In this document: positions 37,587 through 47,246 of the stretch, piece by piece
Layout of the letters: the number at the start of each line of letters is the position of its first letter
Numbering within the stretch: position 1 is the stretch's first letter
Origin: Clostridia bacterium
Lineage (GTDB): Bacteria > Bacillota > Clostridia > UBA1381
Reading direction: 5' to 3'
NCBI GenBank assembly: GCA_045649025.1
Contig: JAZRPB010000025.1
Coordinates: forward strand, 38,600 to 102,599
DNA: 64,000 nt
Position numbers and translations under genes: made by a program
Notes under the pieces: model-generated
Databases searched by the model: none
What the model was told of the DNA's origin: nothing
Seen by the model: the letters and a program-made list of their open reading frames with translations, nothing else

Positions 37587-38432
37587 TTAATATATTGTTA
37601 GTAATAATTCCCGTAATATTTTGCAGGCAACTGCTGTTGAAGTTCCGCTTAAATCGTAATGTGGAGATAGTTCGTTTATGTCACAGCCCACAATGTTTAG
37701 ATCCTTTAACATATGCACCGCCTCCAATAGCTCATTAAATGTTACTCCGCCCGCTTCAGGTGTTCCCGTGCCGGGAAATATTGATGGGTCTAAAACATCA
37801 AGGTCGAGTGTGAAATACACCTTTTTGCCTTTAAGCTTTTTAACAACCTCACCAAAGCCCTTTAAATCAAACTTATGCTGTATAACGTGCTCCTTTGCAA
37901 ATTCAAATTCACTTCTGTCGCCGCTTCTTATACCAAACTGATAAATTCTGTTGTCATCCACAAGATTATGGCATCTACGCATAACACAAGCATGTGAAAG
38001 TGTTTGACCAAGATATTCCTCTCTTAAGTCTGCGTGTGCATCAAGATGAATAATATAAACATCGTTATATTTATTATATACTGCCTTAAATGCACCTAAT
38101 GTAACAAGATGCTCTCCCCCTATCATACAGGGTATTTTATTATCGTCTAAAAGCTTTTTGGTAAACTGTTCAATATCTTTTAGTGCATTTTCAGGTGAAC
38201 CGAATTGAAGCTCCAAATCACCACAGTCAAAAACACATATATCCTCTAAATCCATATCAAGATACGGGCTGTATGTTTCTATTCCAAAGCTTTCATTACG
38301 CATTGCAGATGATGCAAAACGTGTCCCCGGCCGAAAGGATGTTGTTGAATCAAATGGTGCACCAAAAATCGCAATTTTACTTTCATCATATTCGTTATCA
38401 CAGCCTATAAATGTAAATACATTCTTATTCAT
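37587..38432 (-). CDS. speB: Agmatinase
   Basis: 281 aa in the arginase family, with metal-binding motifs HLDAHADL, GGEH and DLDVLDP. Confidence 0.92.
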   Translation of the reverse strand: MNKNVFTFIGCDNEYDESKIAIFGAPFDSTTSFRPGTRFASSAMRNESFGIETYSPYLDMDLEDICVFDCGDLELQFGSPENALKDIEQFTKKLLDDNKIPCMIGGEHLVTLGAFKAVYNKYNDVYIIHLDAHADLREEYLGQTLSHACVMRRCHNLVDDNRIYQFGIRSGDRSEFEFAKEHVIQHKFDLKGFGEVVKKLKGKKVYFTLDLDVLDPSIFPGTGTPEAGGVTFNELLEAVHMLKDLNIVGCDINELSPHYDLSGTSTAVACKILRELLLTIY

Positions 38433-39270
38433 CCAATAGCTCCTTTACATAGTTTGGTAAAACAAATGACGCCCTGTGAATATCGGTATTATAGTACCTT
38501 GTTCTTAAATTCAGCGATTTCCAATAATCCTCTTTAAAATCATTAATTGGGTGGAATTTTTTAGAGGCGAAACCAAAATACCATATTCCCGACGGATAGG
38601 TTGGCATTTGAAAGCCATACACATACGTTTCATTAAACACCTTTGATATCTTTTTGTGTGTTTTTGCAAACGCTTCTGCGTATTCCTCATAAAATGCTGA
38701 TTCGTGTTGATTTATTAAAATACCGTACTCCGAAAGAGCCTTGTAGCAATTTCCGTAAAATTCTCTTGTAAACAGTCCCTCGCCTGGTCCAAACGGGTCG
38801 GTTGAGTCTACAATTATTAAATCATATATGTTTTTTGTTTTTCTTACATATGCAAGTCCGTCCTCGTAGTGTATTGAAACACGAGCATCATCAAGCATCG
38901 ACGCAGTTTGTGGAATGAATTTCTGACACACCTCCACAACCTCGCTGTCAATTTCAACTAAATCTATATGTTCAATACTGTTATATCTTAAAAGCTCTCT
39001 TACTGCACCGCCGTCACCGCCGCCAATAATGAGTACATTCTTTATATTCGGGTTTACTGCCATAGGTATATGAGTAATCATTTCATGATACATAAACTCG
39101 TCCTTTTCGGTAATCATAATACATTCATCAAGAACAAGCATTTTACCAAATTCTTCTGTATCAAAAACCTCAATAAGCTGATAAAAGCTCTTTTTACTGT
39201 ATAGCTGTTCTTTAACCTTTACTGAAAGCTTAAGGTTTTTTGTATGCATTTCCGAAAACCATATTCCCAT
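38425..39270 (-). CDS. speE: Spermidine synthase (aminopropyltransferase)
   Basis: 281 aa. Motifs VLIIGGGDGGAVRE and DLIIVDSTDP. Overlaps the speB start by 8 nt. Confidence 0.93.
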   Translation of the reverse strand: MGIWFSEMHTKNLKLSVKVKEQLYSKKSFYQLIEVFDTEEFGKMLVLDECIMITEKDEFMYHEMITHIPMAVNPNIKNVLIIGGGDGGAVRELLRYNSIEHIDLVEIDSEVVEVCQKFIPQTASMLDDARVSIHYEDGLAYVRKTKNIYDLIIVDSTDPFGPGEGLFTREFYGNCYKALSEYGILINQHESAFYEEYAEAFAKTHKKISKVFNETYVYGFQMPTYPSGIWYFGFASKKFHPINDFKEDYWKSLNLRTRYYNTDIHRASFVLPNYVKELLDE

Positions 39271-39285
39271 TTACCATTCACCCCT

Positions 39286-40734
39286 TCACATTACAACATT
39301 TATCACATTCATATCCATATCCTCTGTACCTGTCATAAAACAGCCTTTTTCCTTTGCATAGAGAATATAATCAAGTATTTCGGAGGTTATCAGTTCGCCT
39401 GGTGCTAAAATAGGTATTCCAGGCGGATAACACATAACAAACTCCCCGCACACTCTGCCAACGCTTTCTTTTATTGGTACTTGTTTTTTTTCGCCGTAAA
39501 ATGCCTCTTGCGGAAGCATTTTAACGTGAGGATTTATGTATTCGTGGTCAAACATACCGCTTGCGTCCTTTTCATATATCCTCTTAATATCGGAAAGCGA
39601 TGAAATCAGGCGTTCTATATCCAAAGCCCTGTCGCCTGCACTTATAATTGCAAGTATGTTGCCTATATCTCCAAATTCTATTTGAATATCATACTCATCT
39701 CTTAATATATCGTAGACCTCTATACCTGCAAGACCTATATTACGTGTATGCACAGAAAGCTTTGTTGTATCAAAATCAAATACGTTTTTATTATTTATAA
39801 GCTCTCTTCCGAATGCGTAGTATCCGCCAAGCTTATTTATTTCTTTTCTTGCATAGTCGGCATATGCAACAGTTTTTCTTATCATCTGCACGCCGTTTAT
39901 GCTTAAATTCTTTCGTGCCAAATCAAGCGACGACAATAAAAGATATGAGCCGCTTGTTGTTTGAGACAGGTTTATAATTTGCCTTACATATCCCTCATTC
40001 ACAGATTTTGAGCATAACAAAAGTGCACTTTGTGTTAACGAGCCGCCTGTTTTATGCACACTCAACGCCGCCATATCTGCACCCGCATTCATTGCACTTA
40101 CAGGCATATTTTCGCCGAAGTAAAAGTGAGTGCCGTGTGCCTCATCAACAATAACCTTCATTCCGTGCTTGTGAGCAACAGATACTATTCTTCTTAAATC
40201 TGAGCATATACCATAATACGTTGGGTTATTAACAAGCACCGCCTTTGCGTCGGGATTTTCTATTATTGCCTTTTCAACGTCTTCAACCGACATTCCCAAA
40301 GGTATACCAAGCTCGTGACTTATACCAGGATTAACATACACAGGTACAGCACCGCAAATAACAAGTGCGTTTATTGCACTTCTGTGCACGTTTCTTGGCA
40401 TAATTATCTTTTCACCCGCTTTACAGACCGACATTATCATAACCTGTACCGCAAAGGTGTTACCGTTTACTATAAAAAACGCATTCTCGGCATTGCAGGC
40501 TTGTGCAGCAAGCCTTTGTGCATCACGTATTACACTCACAGGATGACACAAATTATCGAGGTTTTTCATAGAATTTACATCTATTTTAAGGCACTGCTCA
40601 CCCAAAAATTCGCAAAGCTCTCTATTTCCCCTGCCACCCTTATGACCAGGAACATCCATACGCACAACTCTGTTTTTTGTATGCTCCTCCAATGCCTCAT
40701 ATATGGGTGCATTTCTTTGACTTAATCTCTTCAT
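39286..40734 (-). CDS. speA: Orn/Lys/Arg decarboxylase family enzyme, probable arginine decarboxylase (Bacillus SpeA type)
   Basis: 482 aa, fold-I PLP decarboxylase with the [13 protein letters not shown] lysine motif. The agmatinase context suggests arginine as substrate. Confidence 0.85.
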   Translation of the reverse strand: MKRLSQRNAPIYEALEEHTKNRVVRMDVPGHKGGRGNRELCEFLGEQCLKIDVNSMKNLDNLCHPVSVIRDAQRLAAQACNAENAFFIVNGNTFAVQVMIMSVCKAGEKIIMPRNVHRSAINALVICGAVPVYVNPGISHELGIPLGMSVEDVEKAIIENPDAKAVLVNNPTYYGICSDLRRIVSVAHKHGMKVIVDEAHGTHFYFGENMPVSAMNAGADMAALSVHKTGGSLTQSALLLCSKSVNEGYVRQIINLSQTTSGSYLLLSSLDLARKNLSINGVQMIRKTVAYADYARKEINKLGGYYAFGRELINNKNVFDFDTTKLSVHTRNIGLAGIEVYDILRDEYDIQIEFGDIGNILAIISAGDRALDIERLISSLSDIKRIYEKDASGMFDHEYINPHVKMLPQEAFYGEKKQVPIKESVGRVCGEFVMCYPPGIPILAPGELITSEILDYILYAKEKGCFMTGTEDMDMNVINVVM

Positions 40735-41534
40735 TTCTTTGAATATACATTTTGTCCGCTGAATATTTCTATCATTTCACGCCTTAGGCTATCTGTTATC
40801 ATAAGGCGTCTTTTTGGCGGAATTTCGTATACGTCTGTATTAAACAGATAGTTTTGCAGTTCTATTTCTTTAATTAAAAGCTTTGTGTGGAAAATATTTG
40901 ACTGATACACATTCATATCAATTGCATCATATTTAGTTAGTGTTTCATCATTTATATAATCCTGTATAGATTTAATATCGTGATCAATAAAATATTTTTT
41001 ACCTTCAACATCTCGTGTGAAGCCTCTTACACGGTAGTCGATTGTTATAATATCCGAATCAAAGCTGCTTATAAGAAAATCAAGAGCATTAAGAGGTGAT
41101 ATTGTACCGCAGGTGGATACGTCTATATCAACTCTGAAGGTAGATATTGAATTATCGGGATGATATTCAGGAAAAGTATGTACCGTTACGTGACTTTTAT
41201 CGAGATGGGCATGCACCGTTTGCGGCGATAAAATACCCTTATTACACGATACGTCAATATCCTTATCGTTAAGGTCTTTTTCGGCAATCAAAATATTAAC
41301 CGAAGCACCCTGCGGTTCATAGTCCTGTTTTGAAATATTTAAAATTGTAGCACCAATCATTTCGGTAACCTTTGTTAAAATACCTGTTAATCGGTCGCTG
41401 TTATACTGCTCATCTATATATGCAATATAATCCTTTTGCTCACGCTCACCCTTTGCATAACAAACATCATATATATTAAAACTAAGTGTTTTTGTAAGAT
41501 TATTAAATCCATAAAGACTTATTTTATCTTTCAT
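40731..41534 (-). CDS. speD: S-adenosylmethionine decarboxylase proenzyme (E. coli SpeD type)
   Basis: 267 aa. [22 protein letters not shown] and [10 protein letters not shown] closely follow the E. coli SpeD pattern. ATGA overlap with speA. Confidence 0.92.
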   Translation of the reverse strand: MKDKISLYGFNNLTKTLSFNIYDVCYAKGEREQKDYIAYIDEQYNSDRLTGILTKVTEMIGATILNISKQDYEPQGASVNILIAEKDLNDKDIDVSCNKGILSPQTVHAHLDKSHVTVHTFPEYHPDNSISTFRVDIDVSTCGTISPLNALDFLISSFDSDIITIDYRVRGFTRDVEGKKYFIDHDIKSIQDYINDETLTKYDAIDMNVYQSNIFHTKLLIKEIELQNYLFNTDVYEIPPKRRLMITDSLRREMIEIFSGQNVYSKK

Positions 41535-41569
41535 GTATGCACCACCTCTCGTATAAATAACAAATTAAT

Positions 41570-42502
41570 TTAAACTGTTTTTAATCCCATTTCACCAACG
41601 TACGTTGACGCACTTACTGCACCAACCGCACCGTCTGCCGCTGCCGTTATAATCTGCCTTAACGGCGTTGTTCTTACATCACCAACTGCAAATATTCCTT
41701 TGATGTTGGTACGCATATAAATATCTGTTTTTATAAATCCATAATCGCAAAGCTCAACTCCGCAGTCTGCAGCAAGTTTTGAATTGGGGGTTATGCCGAT
41801 TGCAACAATAACTCCATCAACTAAAAGTGTGTTCCTGTCGCCATTTAGTATATTTTTTATTTCAATACTTTGAAGCTGCATTGTGCCATTAAACTTTTCA
41901 CATACTGTATCTGTAATAATTTTTATATTGCCATATCTCTTTACATTTTCAAATATAGAAGCCGTTGCACGAAACTTTTTGGAACGATTTATAAGATATA
42001 CTGTTTTACATAGCTTTGAAAGGTATATTGCATCCTCGCAGGCAGTGTTACCGCCGCCAATAACTGCAACGTCCTTACCTTTAAAGAACGCACCGTCGCA
42101 ATGTGCACAATACGATACTCCGCTTCCACCAAGCTCCGCTTCGCCCTCAACTCCTAATTTTTTAGGGCTTGCACCTGTTGCAAAAATAATTGATTTAGTT
42201 GTATATTTGTGATGTCTTGTATGCACAAGCTTTATATCAAACTCGGCATTTTCAATTGATTTTACATTTTCCTTTACAATTTCAATGCCAAACTTTTCAG
42301 CATGCTTGTACAAAGCCTCGCTAAGCTCCTCGCCTGTGGGAGTATTATAGAAGCCAGGGTAATTATCCACATCATTTGTTTTCATAACCTGACCGCCGCT
42401 TGCTATGCTTTCTATTACAAGTGTTTTCATATTAGCACGCATTGCATAAATTGCGGCACTTAATCCCGCAGGGCCTGCACCAATTATAACTATATCATAC
42501 AT
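41570..42502 (-). CDS. trxB: Thioredoxin-disulfide reductase
   Basis: 310 aa. GAGPAG FAD motif, redox CAHC (SYCAHCDG), and a GGGNTA NADPH motif. Confidence 0.93.
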   Translation of the reverse strand: MYDIVIIGAGPAGLSAAIYAMRANMKTLVIESIASGGQVMKTNDVDNYPGFYNTPTGEELSEALYKHAEKFGIEIVKENVKSIENAEFDIKLVHTRHHKYTTKSIIFATGASPKKLGVEGEAELGGSGVSYCAHCDGAFFKGKDVAVIGGGNTACEDAIYLSKLCKTVYLINRSKKFRATASIFENVKRYGNIKIITDTVCEKFNGTMQLQSIEIKNILNGDRNTLLVDGVIVAIGITPNSKLAADCGVELCDYGFIKTDIYMRTNIKGIFAVGDVRTTPLRQIITAAADGAVGAVSASTYVGEMGLKTV

Positions 42503-42525
42503 ATTTAAACTTCCTTAACCCTTCT

Positions 42526-43470
42526 TCATTTTTTATATTCTTCAACAATATATCTTGGCCGTCTTTTAACTTCCTTATAGATTTTTCCAATATACTCACC
42601 AACAAGACCAATCGACAAAAGTTGAACGCCACCGATAAACCATATTGAAAGCATAAGCGATGCCCAGCCGTCGCTTGTGTTGCCTATAATCTTTTCAACA
42701 AAAGCGTATACTGCCATAATAAATGAAAATACACACACAATTAAGCCGAGTGATGTTATTATTCTTATAGGTGTTATACTAAACGACGTTATTCCATCGA
42801 GTGCAAATGAAATCATTTTTTTTAACGGATATTTCGACACACCTGCAAAACGTATGGTGCGGTCATAATATACTGTTTCCGTTTTAAAGCCAAGCAAAGG
42901 AACCATTCCCCGCAAAAACAAATTTCTTTCTTCAAATTCCGATAACGCCTTTAGTGCTTTTTTACTCATCAGCCTGTAATCTGCGTGGTTATATACAATG
43001 TTTACACCCATAAGCTTCATAAGTTTATAAAAGCCCAGTGCTGTTGTACGTTTAAATGCACTGTCACTCTTGCGTTGTTTTCTTACACCATATACTATAT
43101 CGTTGCCTTCGTTAAATTTTTGTACCATTTCGGGTATAACGTGAATATCATCCTGTAAATCTGCATCAATTGAAATTGCACAGTCACAATCATCCATAAC
43201 ACTCATAAGAGCGCCGAGCAGTGCGTTCTGGTGTCCAACATTACCAGCAAGCTTTATACCATAAATTTCATTAAAATCTTCGGTTAGTCTGTTTATAATT
43301 TCCCATGTTTTATCTTTTGAGCCGTCATCTGTGAAAACTATTTTACTGTTTTGGCTTATAAGCTCTTTACGTATCATATCCTTTAAAAGCTGGAGCATCT
43401 GTCTTGATGTTTCGTGCAAAACCGCTTCCTCGTTATAGCAAGGAACAACTATATATAAAGTTTTAGCCAC
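42526..43470 (-). CDS. Family 2 glycosyltransferase, polyprenyl-phosphate glycosyltransferase (GtrB/CsbB-like)
   Basis: 314 aa. YIVVPCYNEE, DDGSKD and IDADLQD motifs plus two C-terminal TM helices. GTG start with SD AAAGGAGG. Confidence 0.88.
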   Translation of the reverse strand: MAKTLYIVVPCYNEEAVLHETSRQMLQLLKDMIRKELISQNSKIVFTDDGSKDKTWEIINRLTEDFNEIYGIKLAGNVGHQNALLGALMSVMDDCDCAISIDADLQDDIHVIPEMVQKFNEGNDIVYGVRKQRKSDSAFKRTTALGFYKLMKLMGVNIVYNHADYRLMSKKALKALSEFEERNLFLRGMVPLLGFKTETVYYDRTIRFAGVSKYPLKKMISFALDGITSFSITPIRIITSLGLIVCVFSFIMAVYAFVEKIIGNTSDGWASLMLSIWFIGGVQLLSIGLVGEYIGKIYKEVKRRPRYIVEEYKK

Positions 43471-43725
43471 ACCAATACCTCCTTTAAATTATATAAAACC
43501 TTTTCAATTATATGTAATATGAATTCATTATATAAAGACCATACATTTCAGATGACAGAATTCATTTTACCAGGAGTAAAAATGCTTGCTTGCAAGGGCA
43601 TTTTTACGACGCCGTCAATGGCTGTAGCGGTCGCAAGACCGCAAAAAAGCCGCAAGGCTTTTATAAATTTTGCAAAGAAAAATTTATTATACAGTCATTA
43701 TACTATATTTTTCGTATAATTACAA
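43471..43725 (-). promoter_or_regulatory. Promoter plus structured leader element, copy 2 of the duplicated module
   Basis: The minus strand reads TTGTAA (43725-43720), a 17-nt spacer, then TATAAT (43702-43697). A closing helix (43690-43696 / 43620-43626) and three hairpins (including 43628-43643 and 43645-43662) follow. The core 43564-43619 matches 3364-3419 at 53 of 56 positions. Confidence 0.5.
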
Positions 43726-43802
43726 GTGTTTTTTCCATTATTTATATATAGATTTTTTGTAATTAAAACCACAAATTTACATAAAATTAATTTTAGATAT
43801 TA

Positions 43803-43831
43803 TTGATTATTTTTAAGGTTTATGATAGAAT
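43803..43831 (+). promoter_or_regulatory. Promoter of the phosphodiester glycosidase/SLH gene
   Basis: TTGATT, a 17-nt spacer, then TG-n-TAGAAT. Confidence 0.5.
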
Positions 43832-43853
43832 AATTAATTGAGGTGTTATGGCT

Positions 43854-46127
43854 ATGAAAAAACTTATAAATACCATTATAGCAACAATGATTTTGGTTAA
43901 TACAACTGCATTTGCAGGTGTTTTTGGAAATGTGTATAATTCACAGAGCGAGGAAATGTGGAAGCATACATACTACCAAAACAGCTTTACAAATGCAAAT
44001 AATCAAAAGCAATCGGAGCACTATATTGAATATACGCCCAACACAGACATTGTGCCCGTTATGGTAAACGGAGATAAATTATGGGGTACATTAAATATAT
44101 ATGATGCACAAAAAATTCTGGATAAAAACGGTTTCAGGAGCAGATTTGGAATAAATGCAGATTATTTCTCGTTCCAGACAGGTCTACAAATGGGTACTAC
44201 CATTTCAAACGGCGAGATTGTGTCTAAAGAATATGATGCACAGGATGCAATAGGCTTTCGTGCAGATGGGAGTGCTTTTATAGATACCCTACAAATACAA
44301 ACAATGCTTTCAAACGGCGAAAAATCAGTAGAAATAATGTTTATAAACAAATGGTGTCAGGCAGGATTTGACCCCATTTATCTTCTTACAGATGCTTTTG
44401 GCGATGCAACAAAAACAAAATCAAATTGCCTGTATATTATGGGTGCTGTTACAGACGGCTCAATAAGTATAGATAAAACTGCAACAATAACGGTTGAGGA
44501 TATATTTGAATATGACGGAGAGGTTAAAATTCCAAAAGGCAAAATACTTTTGCAAATAGATATTGCAGGTGGCAGAGCAGATTTGATGGAGTTTATGAGT
44601 TCAATACAAAAAGGCGATACATTAACAATCACAAACACTGCCATAAACAGTGAGAAAAACCTGTGGGATGAGGCAGTTGAGGCAAGCAGTACCGTTGGCG
44701 GACGGCTTATAAAAAACTCCAACATCGGCAGTGGCTTTGAAGCAGGTGTACACCCAAGAACTGCAGTAGGAATAAAAGAAAACGGCAACGTAATTTTTTA
44801 CACTCTTGACGGTCGTCAAAGCGGATACAGTGTAGGGGCATCGCTTACTGATTTAGCAAAGCGTATGATTGAATTAGGTTGTGTTGATGCAATAAACCTT
44901 GATGGCGGAGGTTCAACTGTAATTGGCGGTTGGCTACCCAATAATCCCACCTTCAGTGTCTTAAACAAGCCCTCGGGCGGTGCACCAAGATACGTTGCAA
45001 ACTATATATTTTTGCAGGATAAAAGAGAAAAAACAAACCTTGCTGAAAAAATTATATTTAAGGATTTAAAGAAAGATGTGCTTATAAATTCAACACAGGG
45101 AATTAATGTTGAACGGATTTTTGACACCTCCGACTACGAAATGACAGATTATTCCTTAAGTTATTCTTCAAACGATGCCACAGTAACAAACAACCTTGTT
45201 ACATTCGATAAGGAGGGTACTGCAGAGGTTTTTGCTCACGTAAATGATACAGAGTTACCCATAACCTTTAACGTGTACGATAAGGTTGATGATATGACAA
45301 TATATGATACTTCTTCCTGGAGTAAAATAACTGAACTTTCATTCAATGCAGGCGACGTTAAGCAGTTGTCACTTCGTCCTGCTATATATGCGGATGAAAA
45401 GGAATTGTATTTTTCAGGTGACACAATAAAATGGGAGGTTGACGGAGATATAGGCACTATCACCGATACAGGGCTATTTACCCTTAATTCCAAAAACAAT
45501 GGCTCAAAAGGGGTTATAAAGGTTAGCGCAGGACAGTTTACAAAGGAAATACCTGTTACAATAAACAAATTATTAGTATTTTATGATATTAATGAGCATT
45601 GGGCAAAGGAAATGATAATTTCACTTAATGAAGATAAGATGTTTAGCGGTATTGAAACAGAACAAGGTTTGGCATTCTTCCCTGATAATAATATGACAAG
45701 AGCAGAATTTGCAATCACAATGTGCCGTTATCTTGGTTTGAATTTAGATGATTATTCTTCATCCGATATTGTTTTTGCAGATAATGAAGAAATCCAGCCC
45801 TGGTCGCAAAATGCAATAAATGCTGTATTTAAAAACAAAATAATGAATGGAAGAATGGGAATTGACGGTGTATCGGTATATTTTGCACCCAACGAGCCTA
45901 TAACAAGAGCCGAGGCTATGACCGTTATAGGAAGAACAATAGAGGACAGCGAAAAATACGAGTTTAATTTTGCAGATGATAACAGTATTCCCGATTGGTC
46001 AAGGGATGAAATATATAAGCTTGTGAATAAAGGGATTGTTAGCGGATATGAGGATAACACCATTAATCCGCAAGGTAATATAACAAGAGCAGAGGTTGCA
46101 AGTTTAGTTTATAAACTACTGAAATAA
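43854..46127 (+). CDS. Secreted phosphodiester glycosidase (NAGPA/DUF2233-like) protein with C-terminal SLH domains
   Basis: Signal peptide; NLDGGGST motif in the N-terminal half; three C-terminal SLH-like segments (NNMTRAEFA, PITRAEAM, GNITRAEVA). The second ATG (43854) is preferred because GAGGTG lies 8 nt upstream. The track start is 43848. Confidence 0.8.
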   Translation: MKKLINTIIATMILVNTTAFAGVFGNVYNSQSEEMWKHTYYQNSFTNANNQKQSEHYIEYTPNTDIVPVMVNGDKLWGTLNIYDAQKILDKNGFRSRFGINADYFSFQTGLQMGTTISNGEIVSKEYDAQDAIGFRADGSAFIDTLQIQTMLSNGEKSVEIMFINKWCQAGFDPIYLLTDAFGDATKTKSNCLYIMGAVTDGSISIDKTATITVEDIFEYDGEVKIPKGKILLQIDIAGGRADLMEFMSSIQKGDTLTITNTAINSEKNLWDEAVEASSTVGGRLIKNSNIGSGFEAGVHPRTAVGIKENGNVIFYTLDGRQSGYSVGASLTDLAKRMIELGCVDAINLDGGGSTVIGGWLPNNPTFSVLNKPSGGAPRYVANYIFLQDKREKTNLAEKIIFKDLKKDVLINSTQGINVERIFDTSDYEMTDYSLSYSSNDATVTNNLVTFDKEGTAEVFAHVNDTELPITFNVYDKVDDMTIYDTSSWSKITELSFNAGDVKQLSLRPAIYADEKELYFSGDTIKWEVDGDIGTITDTGLFTLNSKNNGSKGVIKVSAGQFTKEIPVTINKLLVFYDINEHWAKEMIISLNEDKMFSGIETEQGLAFFPDNNMTRAEFAITMCRYLGLNLDDYSSSDIVFADNEEIQPWSQNAINAVFKNKIMNGRMGIDGVSVYFAPNEPITRAEAMTVIGRTIEDSEKYEFNFADDNSIPDWSRDEIYKLVNKGIVSGYEDNTINPQGNITRAEVASLVYKLLK

Positions 46128-46128
46128 G

Positions 46129-46159
46129 GGCGGTGTAAAAATTCTACACCGCCTTTTTT
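46129..46159 (+). terminator. Rho-independent terminator
   Basis: Stem GGCGGTGTA / TACACCGCC with loop AAAATTC, followed by TTTTTT. Confidence 0.8.
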
Positions 46160-46185
46160 AGGGATAGGAAAAAAAGATGCAGAAT

Positions 46186-46273
46186 GAACAAACCGAACCA
46201 AAAGCAAAGCAATTGCTTTGTTTTTGGGTTACCCGAAGGCGTACGAGGGTACGTCGAGTGGTGAGGTTTGTTT
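46186..46273. other. GC-enriched three-helix structured island, partly related to the MITE-like repeat family
   Basis: P1 AACAAACC (46187-46194) / GGTTTGTT (46265-46272). P2 is a 13-bp hairpin (46198-46227, loop AATT). P3 is GGCGTAC-GAGG-GTACGTC (46238-46255). Confidence 0.35.
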
Positions 46274-46379
46274 GTAGCAAAAAGTCTTAAAAATCAAAAA
46301 ATCAAATAATAATAAATTTTTGCGTGTTTTATATCTTTTTCATAATAAACAATCAATTTGTATTTGATGCATTTACTGA

Positions 46380-46412
46380 CTTTTTGCGGTCTGCGCTTTT
46401 TTTACATCCCCT
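46380..46412. repeat. Short dispersed repeat (pairs with 21263-21294), overlapping the last codons of the deacetylase gene
   Basis: See 21263-21294. On the minus strand it reads AAG GGG ATG TAA followed by AAAAAGCGCAGACCGCAAAAAG. Confidence 0.45.
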
Positions 46413-47163
46413 TTATGCTTTTTTGCTTGCCTGTATGGTCGATTATGTAGTTATCCTTATATATTAAATCCGAAACCGTTACAAAATCAAATTGTGCACA
46501 CAGTTTTTCTAACACCAACGGTAATGCCTGTGCAGTAAATTGTGTTCCGTTATGTAGCAGTAATATGTCCCCCTCTGTAACGTTTTTTGTGGCACGTTCA
46601 ACTATATCAGATATTGAATTAGCTTTATAGTCGATAGAATCCACCGACCACTGAATATATGTTTTACCCATTTGCTCACACGTTTTTATAACAGTATCGT
46701 TATATGCTCCCGATGGTGCTCTCACAAGTGTTGGTCTTATACTAATCACACTTTCTATAACATTATCACACACCTCAAGGTCGTGAGCAATTTGTTCTGA
46801 CGAGAGTGAGGTATAGTCCTTATGGTTATATGAGTGGTTGCCTATTTCATGTCCCCTATCGTGAATTTTTGCAAGGCTTTCGCCATACTTTTCCACCCAG
46901 TCGCCAACCACAAAAAATGTTGCCTTACAGTTATATCTGTCTAATATATCAAGAATTACATCTATATCCTCATCATTCCACGCACAATCAAAGGTTATTG
47001 CTATTTTTTTATCGTCCCTTTCTACACTGTATATTGGTATCTCTCTGCCATTCACATTATACACAGGTGTACTCTTTGAAACAAATGCAATCACAAGAGG
47101 TATTACAATTATTATGCTTAACCACATTAAAATACTTTTAGCACGTATCACAATAAAATTCAA
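46402..47163 (-). CDS. Polysaccharide deacetylase (NodB homology domain; PdaA/PdaB-like)
   Basis: FDCAWNDEDI, ATFFVVGDW and HEIGNHSYNH motifs, plus an N-terminal TM anchor. The start is uncertain (47124-47172). TTG at 47163 has GGAG 10 nt upstream. Confidence 0.85.
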   Translation of the reverse strand: MNFIVIRAKSILMWLSIIIVIPLVIAFVSKSTPVYNVNGREIPIYSVERDDKKIAITFDCAWNDEDIDVILDILDRYNCKATFFVVGDWVEKYGESLAKIHDRGHEIGNHSYNHKDYTSLSSEQIAHDLEVCDNVIESVISIRPTLVRAPSGAYNDTVIKTCEQMGKTYIQWSVDSIDYKANSISDIVERATKNVTEGDILLLHNGTQFTAQALPLVLEKLCAQFDFVTVSDLIYKDNYIIDHTGKQKSIKGM

Positions 47164-47182
47164 GTAAATCACTCCAATAAAA

Positions 47183-47211
47183 AATAGTACAGACCAATAG
47201 CCTGTACTATT
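47183..47211 (-). terminator. Terminator downstream of the transposase-like gene
   Basis: 10-bp stem AATAGTACAG / CTGTACTATT, followed on the minus strand by TTTTTTATT. Confidence 0.65.
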
Positions 47212-47246
47212 ATTATATGAATTGTATTTATGATTTAGAACATTTT

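Noticed and set aside
46177-46290. 37-aa arginine-rich ORF (MQNEQTEPKAKQLLCFWVTRRRTRVRRVVRFVCSKKS) in the 46128-46401 spacer.
   Set aside because: It has only a weak SD (AGGA followed by an A-run) and lies directly after a terminator. Its Arg richness simply reflects the GC-rich paired helices. There is no second copy to test coding conservation.
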